This document shows positions 1 to 9,786 of a stretch of 64,000 bases of DNA, in pieces. This stretch comes from an uncultured Rhodospirillaceae bacterium (GTDB lineage: Bacteria; Pseudomonadota; Alphaproteobacteria; Rhodospirillales; UBA2165), in NCBI GenBank assembly GCA_913020445.1, contig CAJWAR010000001.1:141242-205241 (forward strand), in the 5' to 3' direction. Position 1 is the first letter of the stretch. Each line of letters starts with the position of its first letter. A model generated the notes under the pieces. The model worked only from the letters and a program-made list of their open reading frames with translations, was not told where the DNA came from and ran no database searches. The translations under genes were made by a program, and so were the position numbers.

Positions 1-149
1 TTTTAATGACGATTCCGGTGGTAAACTTAATCGCACCCGTGATCGCGACTGCTGCGATGGTGCATTTGGTACAGGGATGGCGCAATAGAATTGACGCACT
101 TGATGGCTAAATTGATTTAAAGCCTTTAATATTGATTGACGGTAATTGA

Positions 150-794
150 TTGGAAATGACCATGTTTGGAAAAAATAAAGACAAAGACGCTGGCAACCCG
201 AGCGCGGGAAATGCTGCGGATGGCGCGGCGGCACGTGCCGCCGAAAACCAATCCAATAAAAATATTTCTGCACCGCCGCTCAAGCCATTTTCAAAAAAAG
301 GCTCTCACGCGCCGGCGAAAAGTACCGGCACACCGTTTCGGGGCGAAATCCCCAGGCGGGTCACTGAAATACCAGGTGGACCAAAACGCAGTGAGCATAT
401 GTTGGCCTTGGATGATGAAGCCAATCGTCTAACCGTCGGCCGCAATATTTGCTTAAACGGCGAAATAACGGCTTGTGAAAAACTGGTTGTGGATGGCCGG
501 GTCGAAGCCACTTTAACCGATGCCCACGCGATTGAAGTATCTCCCACCGGATATTTCAAAGGCAACGCCGATGTCATGGAAGCAGAGATCAGTGGAAAAT
601 TTGAAGGCACTTTGGTCGCCAAAGACCTCTTGACGATCCATAAAGACGGCAGGGTTGACGGCTCGGTTCGCTATGGCCGGATCGTCATTGAAGCCGGTGG
701 CGAAATCTCTGGCGATATGGCGTCGCTTGATGAGGCGGACAATAGTACTGACAGCGAAAACGACAGCACACCTGGCGCCGACGGCTCCAGCTAA
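150..794 (+). CDS. Bactofilin family cytoskeletal protein
   Basis: The central ~100 aa is the bactofilin (DUF583) beta-helix repeat (LTVGRNICLNGEITACEKLVVDGRVEA...GRVDGSVRYGRIVIEAGGEISGDM), flanked by a disordered N-tail and an acidic C-tail. The track start at 150 is TTG. ATG at 156 or 162 is equally possible. Confidence 0.85.
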   Translation: MEMTMFGKNKDKDAGNPSAGNAADGAAARAAENQSNKNISAPPLKPFSKKGSHAPAKSTGTPFRGEIPRRVTEIPGGPKRSEHMLALDDEANRLTVGRNICLNGEITACEKLVVDGRVEATLTDAHAIEVSPTGYFKGNADVMEAEISGKFEGTLVAKDLLTIHKDGRVDGSVRYGRIVIEAGGEISGDMASLDEADNSTDSENDSTPGADGSS

Positions 795-804
795 GGGGGA
801 AATT

Positions 805-2049
805 TTGGCCAGAACAAAGCAGCCCCGGGCAGCCACCCAGGCAGCCACCCAGGCGGCTCATCTGGCTATTATTGCCATCATCTTTTTTCTCAGTGCTTGC
901 GCCCTTGATCCGTCAACAATCGTTCGCACACCTCGTGTGGCGGAATCGGCCGAGGCTAAATCGGGCGATCCTGCTGAAGAAAATACAAAAGATGGCCAGC
1001 CAACCGATGAAAGCGAGCAGGAATTGCCGCCCGAAATTACGGCGGCAGTCGAGAAACCTGAACAAATAGCTGCGGTTGAAATTGATCTGACGAATTTTAA
1101 AGAACGCTTGCTCGGGCTCGATGGCGAAGAAATTACCGAACTTCTTGGCAAGCCAAAATTTGAGCGCAGCGAACCACCGGCACAAATTTGGCAATATCAA
1201 AGCAGTGAATGTTTTGTCGATCTGTTTCTGTTTGAAGAAGCGGGCGATTTAACCGTCGATCATGTTGAGGTTCGTGGCAAACAGGTCGAAAAAACGGATG
1301 AAAAAATATGTTTCACCAGCCTATTGAAAACCGCTAATGGTGGTGACGGCAAACCGGCGCCCATCGGGCCGATCGCGCCAAAAAAAAGTTCTAAAGAGCA
1401 ACCCGCTCCCGGTGCCGTAAAAAAGCCGGCCGTCCAACAGGAAAATATTCCCGACAATGGGGGTGAAGAAATTGCGCCGCCAATTTTGGTGCCAGAGGAG
1501 CCCGAAGCTGCTCCAGATAAGGGTCCTGAAGAACCGGTCAAAGAGCCGGCCGGCGACAGTTCAAAAAAATCTGGCGATAAAGCTGGGCCAAAACCGGAGA
1601 AAATATCCGGCGATGAAGAAGATGTGCCGGAAGTCGATTTTAAATTGAGCCCGGCGCCTCAAGATAAATCAACGGCGAAACCAGAAGGTGAGCTAAAAAA
1701 GCAAAGCAAAAAGAAACCTCAACCGCTGACGAAAACTGAACCGGTAAAACAACCGGCTCCTGAACAAGTGCCTGAGCCAGAGGAGCCGCCGGTATCTGTC
1801 GAGAAGCCGATAGAAGAACCCCTGGCAGAGCCCGCACCGGAAACTAAACCTGAAACTGAACCGGCGGCTGAACCAGAACCAACACCGGCGGCTGGTGAAA
1901 ATCTAGATAGCGATTCGCTCGATAGTGAAAAAACCGGAGACGCACCAACCAAATTGGTTAAAAAACCTGTCCAAGACGAGCTGCCGGGTGCGCCTAAAAT
2001 CGGCACGACTGAAAGCGAAGACGATCTGCTTGAAGACCCTGCGCCCTAG
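805..2049 (+). CDS. Lipoprotein with a short globular segment and a long Pro/Glu/Lys-rich low-complexity tail
   Basis: Same frame as track ORF 655..2049, but that start overlaps the bactofilin CDS. TTG at 805 lies 4 nt after an AAGGGGGA Shine-Dalgarno (793-800) and gives the signal peptide ...AIIAIIFFLSAC (lipobox LSAC). The segment LLGKPKFERSEPPAQIWQYQSSECFVDLF loosely resembles BamE/SmpA-OmlA folds by eye. The rest is PEPK-type low complexity. Confidence 0.6.
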   Translation: MARTKQPRAATQAATQAAHLAIIAIIFFLSACALDPSTIVRTPRVAESAEAKSGDPAEENTKDGQPTDESEQELPPEITAAVEKPEQIAAVEIDLTNFKERLLGLDGEEITELLGKPKFERSEPPAQIWQYQSSECFVDLFLFEEAGDLTVDHVEVRGKQVEKTDEKICFTSLLKTANGGDGKPAPIGPIAPKKSSKEQPAPGAVKKPAVQQENIPDNGGEEIAPPILVPEEPEAAPDKGPEEPVKEPAGDSSKKSGDKAGPKPEKISGDEEDVPEVDFKLSPAPQDKSTAKPEGELKKQSKKKPQPLTKTEPVKQPAPEQVPEPEEPPVSVEKPIEEPLAEPAPETKPETEPAAEPEPTPAAGENLDSDSLDSEKTGDAPTKLVKKPVQDELPGAPKIGTTESEDDLLEDPAP

Positions 2050-2057
2050 CCGGCCGC

Positions 2058-2699
2058 TTAACTGTCGAGTGTTGATTTGGCTTTAAAGCCGCATTCATCG
2101 CGGACCACGCAAGATGGACACGCCGGTTTACGGGCTTTGCAGACATAGCGTCCATGCAGGATCAGCCAATGATGGGCGTGGCGCATAAACTCGGGCGGCG
2201 TTACTTTCTCGAGCTTTTTCTCGACATCCAATGGCGTTTTACCCGGCGCCAGCCCAGTGCGATTACCGAGCCGAAACAAATGAGTATCAACGGCGATTGT
2301 CGGCTGACCAAAAGCGATGTTGAGCACCACATTGGCGGTCTTGCGGCCAACCCCCGGTAGTTTTTGCAGCTCATCGCGATCCTCTGGTATTTTGCCGGCA
2401 TAGTCATCGAGCAGCATGTGGCTAAGCTTAATGACGTTTTTGGCTTTTGAATTATAAAGCCCGATAGACTTGATATAATCTTTCAGCTTGGCTTCGCCGA
2501 GCTCGACCATTTTTTGCGGCGTTTTGATTTTTTTAAACAACGGCTTGGTCGCTTTATTAACGCCGACATCGGTCGCTTGGGCTGACAACACAACAGCCAC
2601 GAGCAGCGTATAAGTGTTAACGTAGTGAAGCTCGCCCTTGGGCTCGGGATTTTGCTCTTTAAGCTTAGCGTAAAAATCGTGAATCTTAGTTTTTTTCAT
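2058..2699 (-). CDS. nth: Endonuclease III (DNA glycosylase/AP lyase)
   Basis: HhH motif LPGVGRKTANVVL and a C-terminal 4Fe-4S ligand pattern CKARKPACPSCVVRDEC (C-X6-C-X2-C-X5-C). The likely start is MKKTKIHDF at 2699 rather than the track start 2759. Confidence 0.92.
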   Translation of the reverse strand: MKKTKIHDFYAKLKEQNPEPKGELHYVNTYTLLVAVVLSAQATDVGVNKATKPLFKKIKTPQKMVELGEAKLKDYIKSIGLYNSKAKNVIKLSHMLLDDYAGKIPEDRDELQKLPGVGRKTANVVLNIAFGQPTIAVDTHLFRLGNRTGLAPGKTPLDVEKKLEKVTPPEFMRHAHHWLILHGRYVCKARKPACPSCVVRDECGFKAKSTLDS

Positions 2700-2824
2700 A
2701 GTTCGGTGCCTGGCACTTAATTCAAGAAATGTGTGGTTTTTGCAACACAACGCCGCCATATTGTTTCAGCCGAAATTAGCGCTGTCAAAAGGAACATCTG
2801 GGGGAACAGATATAAAGGGCAAAA

Positions 2825-3325
2825 ATGCTCGACGTAATTCAACATAAGACCAACACGCCAGATGAGGTGTTTCTTGAGATCATCATGAAACCCAGCAATT
2901 TGGCGCATCTTAGTATTGCGCGGCGCATTTTTATCGTTATTGCAGTGGTCTGTATCAGCCTCGGCATTGCCTTTTGGGCGATTGGCGCCGGACCTGTTCT
3001 GCCGTTTGTGGGGATCGAGGTCGTGCTGCTTTACGCCGCCTATCGTTTTGGCGTGAACCATGGCCGCAAATCCGAAACCTTATCGCTGAGTGAAAACGAC
3101 TTGATCATCCGCAAGGCCGGCTTTGGCAAAAAGCTTGAAGCCATCCGCTTGCAGCCCTATTGGAGCCATCTCGATCTGGCAGAAAATCCCGGCCAGCACT
3201 TACGGCTGTCGTTGCGGTCCAAAGGCTATTATATCGAAATCGGCTCATTACTGGCGCCGGACGAACGCCAGCTTTTGGCGGAGACACTCGGATCAGAGCT
3301 GCAGAAGTTAAAGGGCGCTACTTAA
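2825..3325 (+). CDS. DUF2244-type integral membrane protein
   Basis: Two N-terminal TM helices (IFIVIAVVCISLGIAFWAIGAGPVLPFVGIEVVLLYAAY) followed by the soluble segment LSLSENDLIIRK...RLQPYWSHLD...LLAPDERQLLAETL typical of DUF2244. Alternative start at 2885. Confidence 0.65.
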   Translation: MLDVIQHKTNTPDEVFLEIIMKPSNLAHLSIARRIFIVIAVVCISLGIAFWAIGAGPVLPFVGIEVVLLYAAYRFGVNHGRKSETLSLSENDLIIRKAGFGKKLEAIRLQPYWSHLDLAENPGQHLRLSLRSKGYYIEIGSLLAPDERQLLAETLGSELQKLKGAT

Positions 3326-4118
3326 AACCCAAGACGTCGAGCATGTCGTAAAGACCGGCAGTCTGGCCGTCGGTCCAGCGCGCAGCATGGACAGCGCCCT
3401 TGGAGAAAATCCCCCGTGATGCCGCCTTATGGACCAGTTCAACCCGTTCACTTTCGCCGGCAAAAATAACCGAGTGTTCGCCAACCACTTCGCCACCCCG
3501 GATCGAGGCAAGGCCGATATCGCCTTTTTTACGTTCACCGGTGATGCCGTCCCGGCCGCGCGCGGCGACATCATCCAATGAAATTCCCCTGCCCTTGGCG
3601 GCCGCTTCACCGAGACCAATGGCCGTGCCGGAAGGTGCATCGACTTTGTGTTTGTGATGCATTTCGACAATTTCGATATCGTACTCATCATCCAAGATAC
3701 CGGCGAGCTGCTCAGAGAGCGCAAACAGCACATTGACGCCGATTGAAAAATTCATCGCCTTAACAATGGTGATGTCGTTGGCGGCAGCTTCAATCGCCGC
3801 AAGCCCATCGGCTTCATGACCAGTGGTGCCCAGCACCAAAGCAGTCTGGTGTTTTTTGGCGAGTTCAAGATGATTTGCCGTCGCCGCCGGCAGGGTAAAA
3901 TCGATGATCACATCAGAGGCAGCAAAGAGCGCGTCTGCGTCTTCAGTAATTTCCAGGCCGCAGGGCTCAAGCCCGGCATGGGATGCCATATCTTTGCCGA
4001 GTGCAGAATTGCCTGGACCTTCAGTGCCACCAGAGAGCTCACAGCCTTCGGTGCCAAGCACTTCCTTGACCAGCATCTGGCCCATTCGTCCGGCGCAGCC
4101 GACAATTCCGATTTTCAT
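3318..4118 (-). CDS. dapB: 4-hydroxy-tetrahydrodipicolinate reductase
   Basis: N-terminal MKIGIVGCAGRMG dinucleotide fold and the signature EMHHKHKVDAPSGTA. Confidence 0.95.
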   Translation of the reverse strand: MKIGIVGCAGRMGQMLVKEVLGTEGCELSGGTEGPGNSALGKDMASHAGLEPCGLEITEDADALFAASDVIIDFTLPAATANHLELAKKHQTALVLGTTGHEADGLAAIEAAANDITIVKAMNFSIGVNVLFALSEQLAGILDDEYDIEIVEMHHKHKVDAPSGTAIGLGEAAAKGRGISLDDVAARGRDGITGERKKGDIGLASIRGGEVVGEHSVIFAGESERVELVHKAASRGIFSKGAVHAARWTDGQTAGLYDMLDVLGFK

Positions 4119-4176
4119 AGCATCCCCTCGCTTGGCCCCTTACTTAGCCCAATATATCGGGCCTTATTTTTTCAGG

Positions 4177-5325
4177 CTAGTCTTTTAAGTCTTCCCATAG
4201 ATCCTTGACCTTAGTGAAAAAACCGTCCGATTCCGGATTGTTCTGCTCAGGACCTGCTTCCGATTCGAATTCTTTGAGCAGCTCTTTTTGTTTTTTGGTC
4301 AAGTTTACCGGTGTTTCGACCGAGGCCAGCACAAACATATCGCCGCGCTCTTTCGACCGTAGGACCGACATGCCTTTGCCCTTAAGCCGAAACTGATGCC
4401 CCGATTGGGTGCCGGTCGGTATGGTGATGCGCGCCCGGCCGCCATCAACGGTTGGCACCTCAATATGCCCACCGAGCGCTGCCGTGGTTAACGGGATCGG
4501 CACGCCACAATAAATATTGGCGCCTTCGCGCTGAAAAATGTGATGCGTTGAAACGGAAATAAAAATATACAGATCACCGGATGGCGCACCATTGAGCCCG
4601 GCTTCACCTTCGCCGGAAAGCCGAATACGGGTGCCATCTTCAACCCCAGCTGGAATGGTCACCGAAAGAGTTTTTTCCTGATGAACCCGGCCTGAGCCAC
4701 TGCAGTTGGAGCAGGCATCCTTGATAAATTTGCCCGCACCCTGACAGGTCGGACAGGCCCGCTCGATGGTAAAAAAGCCCTGCTGAGCGCGGACTTTACC
4801 GTGGCCATGACAGGCTGGGCAGGTGTCCGGCTGAACGCCGCCTCTGGTGCCGATGCCGTTGCAATCATCGCACGATACCGAGGTCGGCACCCGGATATTG
4901 GTTTTGTTGCCCTTGTAGGCATCAGTTATGGAAATTTCCATATTGTAGCGCAAATCGGAACCACGGCTCGAACCCTGACGGCCACCGCGGCCACCGCCAC
5001 CCATGAAATCGCCAAACATATCTTCGAAAATATCGGCAAAGCCGGCACCGCCGAATCCAGGCCCGCCACCAAAGCCGCCCGCCCCACCAGGGCCACCTTG
5101 CTCGAACGCAGCATGGCCAAAACGATCATAGGCTGCGCGCTTTTCATCATCGGACAGCACGTCATTGGCTTCGTTTACTTTTTTGAAATTCTTCTCGGCT
5201 TCTTCATCATCCGCATTGCGATCCGGATGATATTTCATCGCCATTTTACGATACGCTTTTTTTATGTCACCAGCGGAAGCGTCGCGATCAATACCGAGTG
5301 TCGTATAATAATCTTCTTTCGCCAT
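4177..5325 (-). CDS. dnaJ: Molecular chaperone DnaJ
   Basis: J domain with HPD (KYHPDRN), a G/F-rich linker and four CxxCxGxG zinc motifs ([32 protein letters not shown]). Confidence 0.97.
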   Translation of the reverse strand: MAKEDYYTTLGIDRDASAGDIKKAYRKMAMKYHPDRNADDEEAEKNFKKVNEANDVLSDDEKRAAYDRFGHAAFEQGGPGGAGGFGGGPGFGGAGFADIFEDMFGDFMGGGGRGGRQGSSRGSDLRYNMEISITDAYKGNKTNIRVPTSVSCDDCNGIGTRGGVQPDTCPACHGHGKVRAQQGFFTIERACPTCQGAGKFIKDACSNCSGSGRVHQEKTLSVTIPAGVEDGTRIRLSGEGEAGLNGAPSGDLYIFISVSTHHIFQREGANIYCGVPIPLTTAALGGHIEVPTVDGGRARITIPTGTQSGHQFRLKGKGMSVLRSKERGDMFVLASVETPVNLTKKQKELLKEFESEAGPEQNNPESDGFFTKVKDLWEDLKD

Positions 5326-5404
5326 TAGGCTGACCCTACCTCAATATATAATGGACGTTTCCAAAATTTATTATGGAGAACGCCCATTACATTTTCCTTA
5401 AAGA

Positions 5405-7387
5405 CTAATCGTCTTTATTTTCTGGCTTTTCTGGCTTTTCCGGGTCGACTTCTTCGAACTCAGCGTCGACAACGGTTTCATCCGGCGCGTCATCAGACGC
5501 TCCAGCGTCTCCGCCCATACCGGCGGCCATATCATTGGGATCAAAACCTTCCGGCATACCTTCAGCACCTTCTTCCTGGCTGGCTTTATACATCGCTTCA
5601 CCAAGTTTCATTGCCGCCTGCATTAAGGTATCGGTTTTTTCTTTAAGTTCGTCCGTTTTGATTTCTTCGTTTTCAAGCGCTTCTTTGACAACCGTCACCG
5701 CCGCTTCGATTTCCGCTTTTTCTTCTTCGGTAATCTTATCACCATATTCGCTCAGATTTTTCTCCGTCGAGTGAACCATGGTATCGGCCTGATTGCGGGT
5801 TTCGACCATTTCTTTGCGTTCTTTATCTTCCTCGGCATGAGCCTCGGCATCTTGAACCATCTGGTCGATATCATCATCGGACAGGCCACCAGAAGCTTGG
5901 ATGCGGATCTGCTGTTCTTTGCCGGTAGCTTTGTCTTTTGCCGACACATTGACGATACCATTGGCATCAATGTCGAAAGTTACTTCGACTTGCGGCATGC
6001 CGCGCGGTGATGGTGGAATACCAACCAGGTCAAACTGACCCAGCAGTTTATTATCGGACGCCATTTCACGTTCGCCCTGGAAGACCCGAATGGTCACCGC
6101 GCTCTGGTTGTCTTCGGCTGTCGAGAACACCTGGCTTTTGCGGGTTGGAATGGTCGTATTGCGATCGATGAGCCGGGTGAACACACCGCCTAGGGTTTCA
6201 ATACCCAAGGACAATGGAGTGACGTCCAATAGAAGCACGTCTTTAACATCACCTTGCAGAACACCGCCTTGGATCGCGGCACCAAGGGCAACCACTTCAT
6301 CCGGGTTGACCCCTTTATGAGGCTCGCGGCCAAAGAATTCCTGCACGATTTCCTGAACTTTCGGCATCCGGGTCATACCGCCGACCAGGATTACTTCATC
6401 GATTTCACCGGCAGTAATACCGGCATCTTTTAAGGCTGCCTTACAGGGCCCAATCGTGCGTTCGATTAATTTCTCGACCAACGCTTCAAGTTTCGCCCGT
6501 GTCAATTTGATATTGAGGTGTTTTGGACCATTTTGATCGGCCGTAATAAACGGCAGATTCACTTCGGTCTGCATGGTGCTCGACAATTCGACCTTGGCTT
6601 TCTCGGCGCCCTCTTTCAGACGTTGCAGAGCCAAGCGGTCTTCACGCAGATCGACGCTCTGCTCTTTCTTAAATTCATCAGCCAGATAATCGATGATGCA
6701 CTGGTCAAAGTCTTCGCCGCCTAGGAACGTATCGCCATTGGTCGATTTCACTTCAAACACGCCATCGCCGATTTCGAGGACGGAAACATCAAAGGTACCG
6801 CCGCCGAGATCATAAACGACGATCGTGCCATTTTCGTTTTTATCTAAACCATAAGCCAGCGCGGCAGCGGTCGGCTCATTGATAATACGCAGCACATCAA
6901 GGCCGGCGATTTTACCAGCGTCTTTGGTGGCTTGGCGCTGTGAATCATTAAAATAAGCCGGTACCGTGATAACCGCCTGAGTGATATCTTCACCGAGATA
7001 ACTTTCAGCCGTTTCTTTCATCTTTTGCAGGATAAAGGCGCTGACTTGGCTCGGGCTGAATTTTTCGCCTTCAGCTTCCACCCAGGCATCGCCATTGTCA
7101 CCGGAAACGATATGATACGGCACCAGGCCTTTATCTTTTTCCGTTAGCGGATCGTCGAAACGCCGGCCGATCAGACGCTTAATTGCAAACAACGTGTTTT
7201 CCGGGTTGGTGACGGCCTGGCGCTTGGCCGACTGGCCGACGAGGCGTTCGCCGCCATCGGCAAATGCTACCATCGACGGGGTTGTCCGAGTGCCCTCGGA
7301 GTTTTCAATGACTTTCGCATCAGACCCTTCCATAAGGGCGATACAGGAGTTTGTCGTACCTAAATCAATGCCAATTACTTTGCTCAT
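5405..7387 (-). CDS. dnaK: Molecular chaperone DnaK (Hsp70)
   Basis: Hsp70 signatures IDLGTTNS and DLGGGTFD. Full-length 660 aa with an acidic C-terminal tail. GAGAGGA RBS before the ATG. Confidence 0.98.
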   Translation of the reverse strand: MSKVIGIDLGTTNSCIALMEGSDAKVIENSEGTRTTPSMVAFADGGERLVGQSAKRQAVTNPENTLFAIKRLIGRRFDDPLTEKDKGLVPYHIVSGDNGDAWVEAEGEKFSPSQVSAFILQKMKETAESYLGEDITQAVITVPAYFNDSQRQATKDAGKIAGLDVLRIINEPTAAALAYGLDKNENGTIVVYDLGGGTFDVSVLEIGDGVFEVKSTNGDTFLGGEDFDQCIIDYLADEFKKEQSVDLREDRLALQRLKEGAEKAKVELSSTMQTEVNLPFITADQNGPKHLNIKLTRAKLEALVEKLIERTIGPCKAALKDAGITAGEIDEVILVGGMTRMPKVQEIVQEFFGREPHKGVNPDEVVALGAAIQGGVLQGDVKDVLLLDVTPLSLGIETLGGVFTRLIDRNTTIPTRKSQVFSTAEDNQSAVTIRVFQGEREMASDNKLLGQFDLVGIPPSPRGMPQVEVTFDIDANGIVNVSAKDKATGKEQQIRIQASGGLSDDDIDQMVQDAEAHAEEDKERKEMVETRNQADTMVHSTEKNLSEYGDKITEEEKAEIEAAVTVVKEALENEEIKTDELKEKTDTLMQAAMKLGEAMYKASQEEGAEGMPEGFDPNDMAAGMGGDAGASDDAPDETVVDAEFEEVDPEKPEKPENKDD

Positions 7388-7604
7388 TCTGTCCTCTCAA
7401 TTTAGCAACAGAACCTCGCGGCCCGAATTCAGTTGGCGGCGCCGCCAAGGTTATAGATTAATGTTAAAATTAAACTGCGTATTTATTGAAAAATATCAAT
7501 TCAACCTGCCAAAGCAGTGTATGGGCGTTATATAAGCCGCCACTTATACGGCTGCAACCACTGAAACCGATTATTTTTCGCTTATTTTAGCGCTAAAACC
7601 ACCG

Positions 7605-8507
7605 CTACAACTCTGTATCTAATTTAGAACCGCCGCTTTCCGCCTCTTGATCAGCCGCTTCGGCTTGTTTTTCGTAAGCCGATGAGCTGTCATTGGCGGC
7701 CTTTTCCTTAGGCGGTTCTACTGGAGTTTGGGTGGAGGATTCTGGCTCGCCATTGTCTTCCAATTTCGGCCCGCCCTTAGAGACGCCAACCATTGCCGGG
7801 CGTAGCAGCCGGTCATGCAGCACGTAGCCTTTTTGCATTTCCTGCACGACCAGACCGGCCGGCTGATCCGGATCCTCAATTTCAAACATCGCCTGATGGA
7901 TATTGTGGTCAAATTTCTGACCAATCGACTCAACGACTTTGATATTGAACTGCTCAAAGGAATTCTGCAGTTCTTTTTCGGTTATTTCGATGCCAACATA
8001 GAGACTATTGAGCTCTTCATTACCGTTGCGGGCTTCTTCACCAACGCTTTCGAGAGCGCGGGTCAGATTGTCCGCCACCGAGACAATTTGGCGGGCGAAA
8101 CTGGTGATCGCGTATTTAGACATGTCGGTCTTTTCGCGTTCGGTCCGCCGCCGCAAATTTTCACCATCGGCCAAGGTCCTGAGCAGCTGGTCTTTTAAAG
8201 CGGCAACTTCAGATTCCAATTCCTCATAGGTCGGCGGGGCCGCCGGGGCATCGTTATCAGCATCATCCTGAGCGCCCTCACCCTCGGTCTCGGCTTCATC
8301 GTCAACATCCGCTGGATCAACGCCGTCAGCCTGGGCTTCCAGGTCGGCCAGATCTTCAGCTAAATTTTCTTCTGCGGTCTCGCCGTCAGCGGCTTCTAGT
8401 GAATCTTCTGCCAATTCTTCAGCCAAATCTTCAGGCATTTCTTCCGGCGTTTCTTCAGGAATTTCTTCATCTGCATTATCAGGCGAATTTTGGTCGTTCA
8501 TCGTCAT
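7605..8507 (-). CDS. grpE: Nucleotide exchange factor GrpE (with long acidic N- and C-terminal extensions)
   Basis: The GrpE core (LKDQLLRTLADGENLRRRTEREK ... FDHNIHQAMFEIED...GYVLHDRLLRPAMVGVSKG) lies in the middle of a 300-aa protein, downstream of hrcA. Confidence 0.9.
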   Translation of the reverse strand: MTMNDQNSPDNADEEIPEETPEEMPEDLAEELAEDSLEAADGETAEENLAEDLADLEAQADGVDPADVDDEAETEGEGAQDDADNDAPAAPPTYEELESEVAALKDQLLRTLADGENLRRRTEREKTDMSKYAITSFARQIVSVADNLTRALESVGEEARNGNEELNSLYVGIEITEKELQNSFEQFNIKVVESIGQKFDHNIHQAMFEIEDPDQPAGLVVQEMQKGYVLHDRLLRPAMVGVSKGGPKLEDNGEPESSTQTPVEPPKEKAANDSSSAYEKQAEAADQEAESGGSKLDTEL

Positions 8508-8556
8508 TTTATTTCTATAACCTCAATACTTATTTTGCTTTGGCGTTAATTGGGTT

Positions 8557-9624
8557 TTACCCCATCAATTTGCCAATTAATTTTGCCGTATAATCCACCA
8601 TCGGAATAATACGTGAATAATTCATGCGCGTTGGGCCAATCACGCCAATCGCACCTACAAGCTGACTGGAGCTGGAATGATAAGGCGCGACAATAAACGA
8701 ACAGCCCGAGAGATTAAACAACTCATTGTCAGCACCGATAAATATTTGCACGCCTTCCGCCGTATCGGCGAGCTCTAGAATTTTCAACATAGTTTCGTTG
8801 GTTTCCAAAGCCGAAAATAAGGCGCGGATAGTTTCGAGATCATCAATCGCATTAACGTCTTCAAGCAAGTTCGCCTGACCACGGACAATCAGCGTGCCTG
8901 GAATATTACCCGTATTCGCATCGCCCGCCCAGGTTGCCAAGCCCGCTTCGACAACTTTGGCGGACAAGGAGTTAAGCTGATTTTGGCTCTGTTCAATCTC
9001 AGTATTAATGGTCAGACGCGCCTCATTGATCGTGCGGCCAACTAATCGCGTGTTCAAATAATTGGTGGCTTCGGTAAAGGCCGATGCTGGAACATCTCTT
9101 GGCACTTCAATAATGCGATTTTCTACCACACCTTCCGCCGTCACCATGACCACCAGTGCTCGGCCCGGACTGAGATTAACGAACTCGATATGCTTAAGTG
9201 CGGAATCAGTGGTTGGCGCCAAGACCATGCCGGCACAGTTGGACAAGCCCGATAGCGTATTGCCGGCTTCTTCCAAAACCCCTTCGACGCTTTTTCCGGT
9301 GCCCGCTAAGCGGCTTTCGAGATCATCGCGCTCATCGGACGTAAGGTTGCCGATTTCCAGCAAGCCGTCAACGAACATGCGCAAACCTAAATCGGTTGGC
9401 ATGCGGCCAGCCGAGGTATGCGGCGCAAACAACAGGCCGAAATCCTCAAGATCTGCCATGACGTTGCGGATCGTCGCCGGCGATAGGCTGGTCGAGAGTT
9501 GCTGAGACAACGAGCGCGAGCCGATCGGCTCACCGGTCTCAACAAAGGACTCGACGATTTTCATAAAGATTTCCCGTGAGCGGTCGTTGAGCTCAGAGAT
9601 AACAGGACGCTTTGTGTTCATCAC
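8557..9624 (-). CDS. hrcA: Heat-inducible transcription repressor HrcA
   Basis: N-terminal winged helix (LNDRSREIFMKIVESFVETGEPIGSRSLS) and full HrcA length, in an hrcA-grpE arrangement. GTG at 9624 or ATG at 9621. Confidence 0.93.
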   Translation of the reverse strand: MMNTKRPVISELNDRSREIFMKIVESFVETGEPIGSRSLSQQLSTSLSPATIRNVMADLEDFGLLFAPHTSAGRMPTDLGLRMFVDGLLEIGNLTSDERDDLESRLAGTGKSVEGVLEEAGNTLSGLSNCAGMVLAPTTDSALKHIEFVNLSPGRALVVMVTAEGVVENRIIEVPRDVPASAFTEATNYLNTRLVGRTINEARLTINTEIEQSQNQLNSLSAKVVEAGLATWAGDANTGNIPGTLIVRGQANLLEDVNAIDDLETIRALFSALETNETMLKILELADTAEGVQIFIGADNELFNLSGCSFIVAPYHSSSSQLVGAIGVIGPTRMNYSRIIPMVDYTAKLIGKLMG

Positions 9625-9786
9625 TACTTTATGTGTAATTCAAAGATGGGCGGAATGTATGTTTGCCATGGCCTTTCGTCAACGGCCTGATTAAAAAAAT
9701 GGCTTAATATTATTATTCTAGACGATGCAGACAGGCTTCGTTAGGTTGCCGCAATTAAATACTCTTAATTCTAGGAAGGAATATCC

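Noticed and set aside
1-110. Open frame running from the window edge to TAA at 108-110 (…MTIPVVNLIAPVIATAAMVHLVQGWRNRIDALDG), possibly the 3' end of an upstream membrane-protein gene.
   Set aside because: Only ~35 codons are visible and there is no recognisable motif. It cannot be supported as a feature.
655-804. N-terminal 50 codons of track ORF 655..2049, overlapping the bactofilin gene.
   Set aside because: The overlap is out of frame with a well-supported CDS. An SD-preceded TTG at 805 gives a proper lipoprotein signal peptide, so the longer form is a longest-ORF artefact.
1380-2040. Repetitive-looking DNA (recurring gaaccggc / cctgaa / aaaccg strings).
   Set aside because: It is codon-level low complexity from the Pro/Glu/Lys-rich tail of the lipoprotein. 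It has no fixed-period tandem repeat or CRISPR-like repeat-spacer structure.
4801-5328. Long antisense or overlapping ORFs inside strong genes. Examples: 4801..5328(+), 9062..9505(+), 12282..12797(-), 17869..18510(+), 26699..27244(-), 30532..31224(+), 45398..45850(-), 20771..21358(+).
   Set aside because: Each lies entirely within, or opposite, a CDS with clear family motifs. Their translations are low-complexity or Arg/Ser/Pro-rich, as expected for shadow frames of GC-balanced genes.
7388-7604. Search for heat-shock control elements: CIRCE (TTAGCACTC-N9-GAGTGCTAA) upstream of dnaK and hrcA, and a sigma-32 promoter upstream of dnaK.
   Set aside because: No CIRCE-like inverted repeat occurs in 7388-7604 or 9625-9786. 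Only a weak sigma-32-like candidate was seen (minus-strand TTGCAG at 7552-7557, with CTTATATA at 7531-7538 and GCCCATAC just downstream). This is too weak to annotate.
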